A stretch of 64,000 nucleotides of DNA from an uncultured delta proteobacterium (GCA_963735595.1 CAVTLK010000005.1:672001-736000); one strand, 5' to 3'. Positions 32,542 to 42,901 are shown, counted from the stretch's first letter. Notes: generated from the letters alone by a model not told the origin. Translations and numbers: made by a program.

Positions 32542-33918
32542 ATGAAGAGCTTCTTTTGCCCCGAATCCATCGCCGTGGTCGGCGCTACCCCCAACAGGAT
32601 AAAGGGCGGCTATCACATCTACAACAACCTGGCCACCTACTATACGAAGGGCGCCGTGTATCCCGTAAATCCCAATTACGGGGATATCGACGGGAAAACG
32701 GTCTATAAGACGCTCTCGGACCTGCCCGAGCGGCCGGAGCTCGTTATTGTTTTCACGCCGTCGGCGACCATTCCCGGGTTGATCGAGGAGGCGGCACGCC
32801 TCGGAATTAAACGGGTCCAGATACAGGCCGCGGGATTTGCGGAGGTGGGGGCCGACGGGGCCCTTCGGGCCGAGGCGGTCATGAAGATCGCCCGGGAGCA
32901 CGGCATACGGGTCTGGGGGCCCAACTGCACGGGCTCGGTAAGCGCGCGGGACTTCTTTTTTTCTCCCTTCATGCCCGCGCCCGATCTCAAGAAAGTCCTC
33001 ATCCCGGGTCCCGTCTCCATCATCGCCCAGAGCGGCATGATGGCGGGCGGCTTCCTGCTGCAGGTGCTGGACGGCGGCTACTTCGGCATAGACAAGGTGG
33101 CGGCCATCGGCAACAAGATGGATATCGACGAGGTCGATATCATCCAGTACCTTGCGGGTGAACAGCATACCCGCATCATCCTGATGTACCTGGAGGGGAT
33201 CGCCCGGGGGCGGCTGTTTATGGACGTCGCCCGTTCGCTCTCGGGAAAGAAGTCACTGGTCGTCCTCAAGGGGGGAAGGAGCGCGGGGGGAAGGCGGGCG
33301 GCCCTCTCCCATACCGGGACGCTTGCCGGCAGCGACGACGTGGTTACGGGCGCGCTGGCCCAGGCGGGCGTCATCAGGGTCACTGATTTTATCGAGCTTA
33401 TCAACGTCGGCAAGGCGCTGGCGACGCTGCCTTCCGCGCGGGGCGGCGCGAATATCGCACTGATCACGGTCTCCGGCGGGGGAGGCATCGTGGCGGCGGA
33501 CCTGATCAACGATCACGGGCTGAAGCTTGCCGATCTCACCGAAAAGACCATCCAGCGGCTTACGCCGATCTTCCCGGCATGGATGCCGCCGAAAAACCCG
33601 GTGGATATCTGGCCGACGATGGAACTTAGGGGAATAAACGAGGCGCTCCAGATGGTCATCCCGATCGTCCTCGAGGACGAAAACGTAGACGCGGCCGTTA
33701 TCCTCCCGTTTGCGTCCCCGATCAGCGAGCGAATGGATATCGAGCCGATCAGGCGCGCCGTCCAGGAAACGAAAAAACCGGTCGTGTCCTGGCTCTTCGG
33801 CTTTATCCCGAGTTTCGAACCGTTCACGCGCCTGATGCGTGAGGCGGGAATACCGGTCTACCTCGAACTTTCCCAGGCGGCGCGCGTCCTTGCGGGCCTG
33901 AGGCAGATATCGGCTTAG
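32542..33918 (+). CDS. Acyl-CoA synthetase (ADP-forming) alpha-type, CoA-binding protein
   Basis: PESIAVVGA, WGPNC.G, AQSG, SHTG.LAG, SGGGG and NPVD. Confidence 0.85.
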   Translation: MKSFFCPESIAVVGATPNRIKGGYHIYNNLATYYTKGAVYPVNPNYGDIDGKTVYKTLSDLPERPELVIVFTPSATIPGLIEEAARLGIKRVQIQAAGFAEVGADGALRAEAVMKIAREHGIRVWGPNCTGSVSARDFFFSPFMPAPDLKKVLIPGPVSIIAQSGMMAGGFLLQVLDGGYFGIDKVAAIGNKMDIDEVDIIQYLAGEQHTRIILMYLEGIARGRLFMDVARSLSGKKSLVVLKGGRSAGGRRAALSHTGTLAGSDDVVTGALAQAGVIRVTDFIELINVGKALATLPSARGGANIALITVSGGGGIVAADLINDHGLKLADLTEKTIQRLTPIFPAWMPPKNPVDIWPTMELRGINEALQMVIPIVLEDENVDAAVILPFASPISERMDIEPIRRAVQETKKPVVSWLFGFIPSFEPFTRLMREAGIPVYLELSQAARVLAGLRQISA

Positions 33919-33976
33919 GCCGCCGTCAGCCGCGCGGCGGGCGCGTGATTATGAAACGGTGCGGCCGGATTACACA

Positions 33977-35191
33977 ATGGGCATCCTGAGATTTACCCTC
34001 ATAGCGGTCCTGCTGGTCCTGCTCATCAAGAGGAAGCTCGACCTCGGGCTTTCACTGGTGATCGCGGCGGTGGCGCTGGGGCTCATGTACGCCATGGACG
34101 TCGGCGAGCTTGCGCTTGTCTGCCTGCGGTCGACGGCCAACCTCGTGGCGGCCGAGATCCTCGTCGCGGTCCTCATGATCGTCTTCCTCTCGGAGCTGAT
34201 GAAGCAAAAAGGCCGGATCAAGACCATGGTGGATTCGCTCCGGCGGCTCCTGGGCGACCCGCGGGGGGTAGTGGTGCTGGTCCCCGCGATTATCGGCTTT
34301 CTGCCGATTATCGGCGGGGCGATGATATCGGCGCCGATGGTCGAAGAGGCCTCCGACGAGCTGGGCCTCTCGCCGGAAAAGAAGACGTTTCTCAACTACT
34401 GGTTTCGCCACCTCTGGGAATATATCTTTCCCACCTACCCGGGCGTGATACTGTCCGCGGCAATCCTCGGCGTGGGGCTTTCCACGATCGCCGCGGCAAA
34501 CTTCCCGCTGACGCTTGCCGCCGCAGCCGCGGGCCTCTTCTTCGGGCTGCGGGGGGTGGCCTATCACGGGGACCGGAAACGGCGCATCTCCCGCAAGCTC
34601 GTTTTCGATTTTACTATCAGTGCCCTGCCGCTCATCGTCGTGATCGTGGCGGTGCTCGTGTTCAACACGGACCTGGGCCTCACGCTTATCCTGGTTTTCC
34701 TGGTCTGTATGCTCATCTACCGGGCCAAGCCCAGGGAGGTCGGCCGGATCGTCAGGGAAAACTTCTCGTTTGCCTACGTATCCATCGTCGCGGGAATCCT
34801 TGCGTTCAAGGGGGTGCTGGAGGCGACGGGGGCCGCCGCCGAGATCGCCGGGAACCTCACCTCGCTGGGCATCCCCCCGTTTTTCGTCCTCATCATCCTG
34901 CCGTTTGTCATCGCCATGTCCACGGGCATGACGATGGCATACGTCGGCATCACCTTTCCGATCCTGCTGACCTACTTTACCACGGGCGACTTCCCGATGA
35001 TCGCCTTCATGCTGGCGTACGCCGGGGGGTACGCCGGCATCATGCTGTCGCCGGTGCACCTGTGCCTCGTGCTGACGGCGCGCTACTACCGGGCCCAGCT
35101 TTCCGGGATCTATCGATTGCTGTGGCTGCCGGTCCTGTTCGTGCTCGCGGTGGCCGCGGCGGCCTATCTTGTCGCCAATTTACTCCTCTAA
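33977..35191 (+). CDS. DUF401 family membrane transporter-like protein
   Basis: Multi-TM with NYWFRH.WE...P.YPG and LSPVHLCL. Confidence 0.8.
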   Translation: MGILRFTLIAVLLVLLIKRKLDLGLSLVIAAVALGLMYAMDVGELALVCLRSTANLVAAEILVAVLMIVFLSELMKQKGRIKTMVDSLRRLLGDPRGVVVLVPAIIGFLPIIGGAMISAPMVEEASDELGLSPEKKTFLNYWFRHLWEYIFPTYPGVILSAAILGVGLSTIAAANFPLTLAAAAAGLFFGLRGVAYHGDRKRRISRKLVFDFTISALPLIVVIVAVLVFNTDLGLTLILVFLVCMLIYRAKPREVGRIVRENFSFAYVSIVAGILAFKGVLEATGAAAEIAGNLTSLGIPPFFVLIILPFVIAMSTGMTMAYVGITFPILLTYFTTGDFPMIAFMLAYAGGYAGIMLSPVHLCLVLTARYYRAQLSGIYRLLWLPVLFVLAVAAAAYLVANLLL

Positions 35192-35300
35192 TTGATACTC
35201 CGGGTCATGTCTTTTGCATTCTATTGCGATGTAATATCACGTTAGTAGTATATTCACCGGTGGAACGGTGGGCGGCGATACCCGGCCGTGTACGGCGGCG

Positions 35301-35394
35301 CGTGAGTCATATCACACAATGATCATATTTATGTATGATATGAAAGAAAGTGTGACGGGGAATGCAAAAATGGTACGAGAACCGGTAGTATAAA
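35301..35394 (+). promoter_or_regulatory. Two CRP/FNR-like boxes and a -10 element
   Basis: CGTGA-N6-TCACA (35301-35316), TGTGA-N6-ATGCA (35351-35366) and TATAAA (35389). All are conserved in the duplicated leader. Confidence 0.6.
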
Positions 35395-35452
35395 GAAACC
35401 ATGATGAAATTCAAAAAGTAATTCGAAGGGATTTCTTCGGGAGGAGGGTGTC

Positions 35453-36125
35453 ATGAAAAAGAGTATATTTTTTGTCGCGATCATAGCGGTCATGATCATT
35501 GGCCGTGGCGGCGATGGCGGCGTCGCCGGTGGTCAAGGTCAGGGTGGTCAACGTCACCGAGCTCGGGATGGACGAGGTCTCCACCCCCGAGGGCCTCGTG
35601 AAGACGGCCACGATGTCGATCGCGGAGAACGCGAACGTCTTCCCGGCGGTCGAGACGATGGTGCTGAGGGTCGGCAAGGACCAGGCCAAGTACACGCCCG
35701 ACGTCACGCTGCCGGCCGGCGCGCTGAGCTTTTCCGGGAGCCTCGCCGAGGAGCAGATGATGGAGTTCATCTCCCTGCCCAATTCCGAGGGGGCCGGCAA
35801 GTTTGACGGCGTGATCGTGTCCCGCGACGGGAAGATCACCTACCTCGACGATCCGATCGTCATCGACTACAAGGAGCGGTCCATCGTCACCCCGAAGACG
35901 CTGGCCGTCAAGGACGGGGACGTGCTGCTGCTCTTCGCAAAGGACTCGGAGCCGATCCCGTTCGGCCACGATAAGCCGGAACAGGAAGGCGGCTACGATC
36001 CCCAAGATCCCGACCGGTCGACAGAATCCCTGATAGAAGTAACGCCTCGGCTAGAATTACCGATTCGTGACTCGGACGACGAGCGCCCCTCTCGAGAGAG
36101 GGGCGCTGTTTTGCGGGGTACGTAA
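35453..36125 (+). CDS. Secreted hypothetical protein (copy 1), frameshifted in the signal peptide; true stop may be near 36035
   Basis: RBS GGAGG and MKKSIFFVAIIAV..AVAAMAASPVVKVRVVNV; paralog of the next gene. Confidence 0.6.
36082..36112 (+). terminator. Intrinsic terminator
   Basis: AGCGCCCCTCTC-GA-GAGAGGGGCGCT followed by GTTTT. Confidence 0.65.
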
Positions 36126-36146
36126 TGCTCAACTACCGACCGGCCG

Positions 36147-36239
36147 GGTGAGTCATGTCACACAATGGGTATTTTCGCGCACGATATGAAAAAAAGTGTG
36201 ACGCCGGACGCACAAATCAGATAGAATAGGCAGTATAAA
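36147..36239 (+). promoter_or_regulatory. Two CRP/FNR-like boxes and a -10 element (duplicate leader)
   Basis: GGTGA-N6-TCACA (36147-36162), TGTGA-N6-ACGCA (36197-36212) and TATAAA (36234). Confidence 0.6.
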
Positions 36240-36297
36240 GGGTTCATGCTGATTTTTTGACTAACAGGAAAGAAATTTCCTCAGGGAGGAGGGTGTC

Positions 36298-36950
36298 ATG
36301 AAAAAGAGTATATTCTTTGTCGCGATCATAGCGGTCTTATCATTGGCCGTGGCGGCGATGGCGGCATCGCCGGTGGTCAAGGTGCGCGTGGTCAACGTGG
36401 ACGTGCTCGGCGAGGACGCGGTGTCGAGCGATGAAGGCCTCGTGAAGACGGCCACCATGTCGATCGCGGAAAACGCGAAGGTATTTCCGTCGATCGAGAT
36501 CGATGGTGCTGAGGGTCGGCAAGGACCAGGCCAAGTACACGCCGGACGTGACGCTGCCGGCCGGCGCGCTGAGCTTTTCCGGCAGCACTCAGCGAGGCGG
36601 AGCTGCTGGAGTTCATCTCCATCCCCAACCCGGATGGGGCCGGCAAGTTTGACGGCGCGGTGGTTTCCCGCGACGGGAAGATCACCTACCTCGACGATCC
36701 GATCGTCATCGACTACAAGCTGCGGACCATCACCACCCCCGGATCGCTGGCGGTGGGCGACGGGGACGTCCTGCTGCTCTTCACGAAGAACGCAGAGAAG
36801 ATCCCGTTCGGGCATGAAAGCGGAGTGGTGGCTGACTACTACACTCCCAACAACCCCACCGACGGGAAGAATCCGACCCACGGAGGAAAAGGCCGACGGC
36901 AGGACCTTAGGCAGCCCGCACCGGATATTACCGCTTACCGGACAAGTGAT
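36298..36950 (+). CDS. Secreted hypothetical protein (copy 2), with multiple frameshifts; end approximate
   Basis: Colinear with copy 1 across frames (VSRDGKITYLDDPIVIDYK...GDVLLLF). Confidence 0.55.
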
Positions 36951-36985
36951 AACTCCCCCTCTCCACGGAGAGGGGGAGTTTTTTT
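36951..36985. terminator. Bidirectional terminator between convergent genes
   Basis: AACTCCCCCTCTCC-AC-GGAGAGGGGGAGTT followed by a T-run. Confidence 0.8.
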
Positions 36986-37018
36986 ATAAAAGCGGTAGGC
37001 ACCAGGAATCCGCGAGCT

Positions 37019-38481
37019 TTAGAGCCGGACGATCCGCCGGCCGTTTACGCGCGCCGTATACTTCCCCTTGCCCCCGATATAGGCGACCGCCCTCTCGATC
37101 CGCCGGATCACCCGGTCCCTCCCGATCACCTCGATGACCTCGAATATCCCGGGGCTGACGGTCTTCCCGGTGAGCGCCACCCTCAGCGGCTGGGCGAGCT
37201 TCGCGAGCGTCAGCCCGAGCCCCTCCAGCACGTCGGTAAACGCCGCCTCGATGGCGGCATAGCTCCCACGGATCGAGCGTCCCGAACCGCTCGGCCAGCG
37301 CCGCAAAGGGGCGCTCGACGTCCTGCGTCAGGAATTTCTCGGCGGCCTTCGGGTCGTACTCGATCTCGTCGGCAAAGTAGAACGCCCCCATCTCGGCCAT
37401 CTCCACCAGCGTCTTTGACCGCTCTTTGAGGGTCGCGGCGGCACGGGACACCTGCCCGGCGTCCGGCCGGCCCCATCCGCGGGACTCGACGAAGGGGAGC
37501 AGGCGCTCGGCAAGGGCTTTCGGGTCGGATTCCTTGATATAGTGGGCGTTGAGCCACTCGAGCTTTTCGGGGTTGAAGACGCCGGCCGATTTACCCACGT
37601 CGGCAATGTCGAACTTTTCGATGAGCTCGGCCATAGAGAATATCTCCTGGTCCCCGTGGCTCCAGCCCAGCCGGGCCAGGTAGTTGACCATCGCCTCGGG
37701 CAGGTAGCCCTCGGTGATGTACTCGGTCATCGACTTTGCCCCGTGGCGCTTGGAGAGCCGGGAGCGGTCGGGCCCGAGCATGAGGGGGACGTGGGCGAAG
37801 GCGGGCACCGGGTAGCCGAGGGCCTCGAATACCTGGATCTGGCGGGGCGTGTTGTTGACGTGGTCGTCGCCCCGTATGACGTGGGTGACGCGCCATGTCC
37901 ATATCGTCCACGACGACGGTGAGGTTGTAGGTCGGGGAGCCGTCGGAGCGGCGGATGATCAGGTCGTCCAGCTCCTTGTTCTCGAAGACGATACGCCCCT
38001 TGATGAGGTCGTTGAACTCGGTGACACCGTCCTGAAGAGAGCGGAAGCGGACCACGAAGGGCTCGTCCCGGGCGGGCAGGTCCCTGTCCCGGCAGGTGCC
38101 GTCGTACATCGGCTTTTCCTTGCGCTCCTCGGCGCGCTTGCGCTTTTCCTCGAGCAGCTCGCTGCTGCAGTAGCAGCGGTAGGCCTTCTTTTCGGCCACG
38201 AGCCGGTCGACGGCCGCGTGGTACAGGCCGTCGCGCTTGCTCTGAAACTCCGGGCCCTCGTCCCACGTTAACCCCAGCCAGGTCATGCTTGCCAGGATCG
38301 CCTCGGTATATTCGTCGCGCGACCGCTCCCGGTCGGTATCCTCGATCCTGAGGATGAAAACGCCCCCGGTGTGCCGGGCGTAGAGGTAGTTGAAGAGGGC
38401 GGTCCGGGCGCCGCCGATGTGCAGGTGGCCGGTTGGGCTCGGGGCGAACCGGACGCGTACGGGAGATTGTCTGTCTTTCAC
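37019..38481 (-). CDS. gltX: Glutamate--tRNA ligase (two apparent frameshifts, near 37890 and 37262)
   Basis: [14 protein letters not shown] (HIGH), RLSKRHG (KMSKS) and LRVALTG..VSPGI distributed over three frames. Confidence 0.9.
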
Positions 38482-38636
38482 CGCTCATTCCTTCCAGAAT
38501 ATAGACGGGGCCGCCGTGGGGCCCCGGATTCCAATAGCACGTATCGTCTCATGATACGTATCATACCGCGCCCGTTTTGTCAACGCCAACGCCAACGCCA
38601 TTGCCAAGGTTTATCGCCGCCTTCACTTTTCCGCCC

Positions 38637-38651
38637 TCATATTCTTCATAG
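38637..38651 (+). promoter_or_regulatory. Leader motif shared with the capsid operon (TCATATTCTTCATAG)
   Basis: 13/15 identical to 60812-60826, at a similar distance from the first ATG. Confidence 0.5.
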
Positions 38652-38702
38652 CGTCCGCTATTACCCGGTAGAATCGGACGTACAGATGTGGAGGTACGGA
38701 CT

Positions 38703-38933
38703 ATGTATAAAGGGGACACCTTTTTTGCGGAGCGTAATTTCGCGGTGGATTACGAGCGGGCGCTGATGGATATGCCCGACATGGAGCTCTGGATATGGCT
38801 GATGCACCGGCGGGGATACTCCCAGGGGTACATCGGCGACAGCATCGGCGTTACCCAGTCGGACGTGGCCTATCGAATCGACCGGATACAGGACTATATA
38901 AAGCGACGGGTGAATGAAGAAGAAATGCACTGA
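38703..38933 (+). CDS. Small sigma70-region-4-like HTH protein leading the terminase operon
   Basis: GYSQGYIGDSIGVTQSDVAYRI HTH pattern; RBS GGAGGT; paralog of 56812-57066. Confidence 0.7.
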   Translation: MYKGDTFFAERNFAVDYERALMDMPDMELWIWLMHRRGYSQGYIGDSIGVTQSDVAYRIDRIQDYIKRRVNEEEMH

Positions 38934-39172
38934 AGAGGGGACCGGGGCCGCCCCGCCCGACGGCGGCGTCTCCCGCCGGTGACGGGGATGCCGCCGGCGC
39001 GGGGGGCGCTGACGCGGTCTTTCGGGACATCGTCAAAAAGGCCGGGGAGGGAAACATCAAGTACCAGGAGCTTTATCTCAAGTATATCGACCTCATTTCG
39101 GAAAGAAGGGACAACAAAGACGAAGTGGTTTACAAGGCGACCTTTATCGATGACGAAGATCAAGAGGCTTAA
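38914..39172 (+). CDS. Putative terminase small subunit-like protein (apparent frameshift; absent from the ORF track)
   Basis: The ATG at 38914 overlaps the HTH gene end. After a frame change it reads DAVFRDIVKKAGEGNIKYQELYLKYIDLISERRDNKDEVVYKATFIDDEDQEA*, overlapping the TerL start. Confidence 0.45.
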
Positions 39173-40373
39173 GCTGTACCGCCCCCACGCGGGCCAGAAG
39201 GCCCTGCACGAATCGGACGCCCGTTTCAGGGTGGCCGCGTGCGGCAGGAGGTGGGGAAAGACGCTGGCCGCCACGGCGGAGATGATCAGGCACGCCTGGG
39301 AAAGGCCGGGCTCTCTCTCGTTTTGGGTGGCGCCGGTGCTGCGCCAGAGCGCGATCGCCTTTGACCTGGTGAGGCGGGGGATGCCGCGGGGGACGGTGGC
39401 CGATATCCACAAGACCGACCGGAGGGTCGGCCTCGTCAACGGCTCGGTGCTCGAGTTCAGGAGCGCCGAGATCCCGGAAAACCTGCGGGGGTTCGGCATC
39501 GACTTCCTGGTGGTGGACGAGGCGGCCTTTCTCTCGAAGGACCTCTGGGAGGAGGTCCTGAGGCCGGCGCTTTCGGACCGGCAGGGCAAGGCGCTCTTTG
39601 TGGGCACGCCCAAGGGGAAGAACTGGTTTTTCCGCCTCTTTTCCCGTGGGATGGACAGCGAGCAGGCGGGCTGGCAGTCCTTCACCTTTCCCACCGAAAA
39701 TAACCCGTACATACGCCCGGAAGAGATCGAAGACGCGCGGCGGACCCTGCCCGAGGCGGTCTTCGCCCAGGAGTACCTGGCCCGCTTTGTCGACGACGGG
39801 GCGGGCGTCTTCTCGGGGGTCAACGACATCATCACGGGGAAACTGGCCGACCCGCTGCCCGGCGGACGGTATACGGCTGGACTGGATATCGGCAGGCACC
39901 GGGACTACACGGTGCTGACGATTGTCGACGGCAGGGGGTCGGTCGTCTACTTTGACCGCTTTTCCGGGACGACCTGGACGGCGATGAAACGGCGGGTGGC
40001 CTCGGCAATCAGGCGGTACAACCGGGCCGTCGCCTGGGTCGATTCCACCGGCGTGGGCGATCCGATCCTCGAAGACCTGATACGAATGGGCGCGGCCTGC
40101 CGGGGTTTCCGATTCACCAACGAATCAAAGTCGGCGCTCATCGAAAACCTTGTCCTCCTGATCGACGAGCGGAAGATCGGTATCCCCCCGATACAGGAGC
40201 TTATCGATGAGCTGGTGATGTTCGAGCTGAAAAACCTCCCGGGAGGCGGCGTCTCATACGGGGCGCCGGGGGGCTTCCATGACGACTGTGTCATATCGCT
40301 GGCCCTCGCCGCGTGGGGGATCAGGGGGATCAGGGTGAGCCAGTCGGACTTTGGACAAACGCTTGGTTTTTGA
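39150..40373 (+). CDS. Phage terminase large subunit (Terminase_6-type)
   Basis: Q motif PHAGQ, Walker A ACGRRWGKT, Walker B LVVDEA, coupling motif GTP, and nuclease acidic residues GLDIG, VDSTGVG and HDDCV. Confidence 0.93.
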   Translation: MTKIKRLKLYRPHAGQKALHESDARFRVAACGRRWGKTLAATAEMIRHAWERPGSLSFWVAPVLRQSAIAFDLVRRGMPRGTVADIHKTDRRVGLVNGSVLEFRSAEIPENLRGFGIDFLVVDEAAFLSKDLWEEVLRPALSDRQGKALFVGTPKGKNWFFRLFSRGMDSEQAGWQSFTFPTENNPYIRPEEIEDARRTLPEAVFAQEYLARFVDDGAGVFSGVNDIITGKLADPLPGGRYTAGLDIGRHRDYTVLTIVDGRGSVVYFDRFSGTTWTAMKRRVASAIRRYNRAVAWVDSTGVGDPILEDLIRMGAACRGFRFTNESKSALIENLVLLIDERKIGIPPIQELIDELVMFELKNLPGGGVSYGAPGGFHDDCVISLALAAWGIRGIRVSQSDFGQTLGF

Positions 40374-40387
40374 TGAAAGGAGCCGGT

Positions 40388-40588
40388 ATGGATGCCGAAG
40401 TGCGGTTTACGGACGGAGAGACGCGGTCCTTCTTAAACGTGAGGTCAATAGACGTTCGCGACGGTGCGGTCATTGTCCGGCGGTGGGTCAGGGTCGTCGC
40501 GATACTGCCGATGGATACGATCCGCTGGGCGACGCTCGTCAGGCGCCGGAAGGTCTCACAGGACGACTTTGGGAAGGCCGCCCTGTAG
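40388..40588 (+). CDS. Small hypothetical protein between TerL and portal
   Basis: RBS AAGGAG; 66 codons; beta-rich. Confidence 0.6.
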   Translation: MDAEVRFTDGETRSFLNVRSIDVRDGAVIVRRWVRVVAILPMDTIRWATLVRRRKVSQDDFGKAAL

Positions 40589-40649
40589 GGGTTCGGGCCT
40601 TCCCGCGGTTGCGGCCGGTTTACCGGCACGGCCCGCGAAAGGGAATCAT

Positions 40650-41897
40650 ATGAACAAAAACGACATGAAGCTCTTTCTTAACTATTACGACGGCTGCCGG
40701 GAGGCGATCTTCAAAGATTTCACGGTCCGCCGGGTCGCCGAAGGTCTGCCGAAAGAGCAGCGGATATCAATCAGGGACTTCTATTTTCAAAACGACATCC
40801 GGGTCATCCAGGACACGAGGGCGAACTTTATGCCGCCGACCTTCGACGTTGTCGTGACCAGGAGGGGCGAGACCGCGCCCCACGACGGGCTGACCGGCGA
40901 GGTAACGGCGTGGCTGAAGTCCCGCAACTTCGGCGGCGGCCGCACCTTCTGGGAGGCGCTGCCCGGCTACTACCTGACACAGGAGAACTACGGCACGCTC
41001 TTTTTGAAGCTCTTCGTCAGGGGCGGGGAGGTCTGTGTGCAGAAGATGTATTCCCAGGATGTGGAAGTAATCACGGACGAGAAGAACTACCTCGAAGTCA
41101 AGAAATACGTCTTCGGGTGGGAAGAGGCGGCGACGCTGGAGGGGGGAGGCGTGAGGATGTCGGTCATGCGGGAAGAGATCGACGCGGAGGGCTTCTCCTT
41201 TTATATCGACGGAAGGCTCGTAAAGAGAGAGGCGCACGCCTTCGGCTTTATCCCGGTCGTCAAGGTCCTCCGGGAGGAATCGGAGGGGAGCCCCTACGGC
41301 CGATCGGGAATCCAGGACCTGGTCGAGGGGCAGCTGGCCGTGAACATGGCGCTGACCAAGCGGGCCTGGGCTACGAAGTATAACAGCTTTCGGGTATGGG
41401 CGCCCAAGGAATCGGGCCACGTGGCGCCGGGCACGACCATCACGGTATCGCCTGGGGCGCTTTCGCCGATCCCCCTGGAGGCGGTGGGGGGCGACGTTGA
41501 CCTCTCGGCGGTGGAGCGCGAGCTCGAGGACGCGCTGGACCATCTCTACCGGATGGGATGCGTACCCCGAAAGCTCAGGGAGGAGATCGCCTCGTCGGCC
41601 ACGTCGGCAAAGGCGCTCAACACGCTGCTCGAGGGCCTCAAGCGGTACACCGAAAAAAAGCTGGTCTATCTGCGGAAAGGATTCGAAGAGCTGATAGAGA
41701 AGTCCCTTGCGGTCAGGTTCGGCACCGGCATCTTCGTGGCGACGGTATCGTTTCCGTCTCTCTCCGGCGAGGACCCCCAGCACGTGATGGCGCGGGCGCA
41801 GTTCCTGGCCGACCGGGGGTTTATGACCGAGGCGCTCAAGGAGCTCGGCTATGACGAACAGATGGTGGAGAAGATGAAGGGGAGCCAAGGCCCCTGA
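40650..41897 (+). CDS. Phage portal protein (SPP1 gp6-like)
   Basis: Position after TerL; motif FGFIPVV........PYGRSGIQDLVEGQLAVN and SAKAL...L..L.. Confidence 0.75.
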   Translation: MNKNDMKLFLNYYDGCREAIFKDFTVRRVAEGLPKEQRISIRDFYFQNDIRVIQDTRANFMPPTFDVVVTRRGETAPHDGLTGEVTAWLKSRNFGGGRTFWEALPGYYLTQENYGTLFLKLFVRGGEVCVQKMYSQDVEVITDEKNYLEVKKYVFGWEEAATLEGGGVRMSVMREEIDAEGFSFYIDGRLVKREAHAFGFIPVVKVLREESEGSPYGRSGIQDLVEGQLAVNMALTKRAWATKYNSFRVWAPKESGHVAPGTTITVSPGALSPIPLEAVGGDVDLSAVERELEDALDHLYRMGCVPRKLREEIASSATSAKALNTLLEGLKRYTEKKLVYLRKGFEELIEKSLAVRFGTGIFVATVSFPSLSGEDPQHVMARAQFLADRGFMTEALKELGYDEQMVEKMKGSQGP

Positions 41898-41956
41898 TCC
41901 AAAGGCTGGAATTGCGGCCGGCAGTCAGCGGCCGGGCCGCGGGCGGTCCGGCGAAG

Positions 41957-42001
41957 CGACGGGGCCGCCGTCCCATAGGGGGCGGCGGCCCCGTCGTATT
42001 T
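41957..42001 (+). terminator. Strong GC hairpin closing the terminase-portal operon
   Basis: CGACGGGGCCGCCGTCCC-loop-GGGCGGCGGCCCCGTCG followed by TATTT. Confidence 0.6.
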
Positions 42002-42118
42002 AAAACGCGGTACGTGCGATTATGGCACCCTGCTGCGGCCTCTCCAATCGCTTCTGAAATTCCGTTGACATATCGCCTGTTTCTGATATTCTTAATAACA
42101 ATAACTATCGGTGATCCG

Positions 42119-42901
42119 ATGATCATTTACTGCCCGGCATGCGGCTTCAGGGGTAGGGTCCCGGAAGGCAAAGACGGACGGGATAAGAAGCGCGTCATCT
42201 GTCCGTCGTGCGGCCACCGGTTTTCCGTCGGTCTGGTTGTTGTGCCATCCGGCGATCAGCCGACCGCCGGTGGGGCCTATACCGCACCGCCATACCGGGA
42301 CGGAAAGAAAAAAAAGCGGCGCCTGTTTCTCTGGGGCTGTCTTATTGCCGCTGCCGCCCTGGCGATCGGGATCGGGATCTTTTTCCTCATCAATGGAATC
42401 TCCCGGCAGGTCCAGGAAAGCAAGGAATCCGATATCCTGAAGAAACTCGGTGAAAAATACCCGGAGTATCTCCTGCTCAATTCCATCGCAATCGATCCCG
42501 GTTCCATGACCGAGCTCCAGATCACCTCGTACCAGGGGGGCCTTGTCGGTAAGGGATGCGTGGGGATGGGTACCGTCGTGAATATCGAAAAGACGATGGG
42601 GTCGACCGTGCTCGATTTCTTCGGCCTGACCGCGCCGGGAACGATCATCACCCTTACCTTCAAGGGGTATGACATCGAGCTGTTGCTGGATGAATCGTAT
42701 TCAGATGAGTTCCTTACCTATGGTGTCGGGGACACGGTCCTTTTCGCGGGAATCATAAAGAAGGCGGTGATCGACAGGCGGACGCGCGTCGCCCTTGTCG
42801 ATGTGATCATTGAGGGGCACCGAAAAGGAGAGCCCGGCTCGCGCCCCCCGGAAATCAAGAAGAGTCTTACCAAACGCCTTATTGAACTTTTGCTGCAGTA
42901 G
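42119..42901 (+). CDS. Zinc-ribbon (MJ0042-like) single-pass membrane protein
   Basis: CPAC...CPSC, a TM helix, and a soluble C-domain. Confidence 0.7.
   Translation: MIIYCPACGFRGRVPEGKDGRDKKRVICPSCGHRFSVGLVVVPSGDQPTAGGAYTAPPYRDGKKKKRRLFLWGCLIAAAALAIGIGIFFLINGISRQVQESKESDILKKLGEKYPEYLLLNSIAIDPGSMTELQITSYQGGLVGKGCVGMGTVVNIEKTMGSTVLDFFGLTAPGTIITLTFKGYDIELLLDESYSDEFLTYGVGDTVLFAGIIKKAVIDRRTRVALVDVIIEGHRKGEPGSRPPEIKKSLTKRLIELLLQ

Noticed and set aside
37019..38481. gltX as a pseudogene or programmed frameshift
   Set aside because: It is normally essential and all motifs are intact across frames. Similar single-base indels affect the larA-like, spoIID, gpsA-fusion, PAS and secreted-protein genes, which points to sequencing/assembly error.
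38581..38600. CAACGC x3 short tandem repeat between gltX and the terminase operon
   Set aside because: Too short to support a functional or phase-variation claim.
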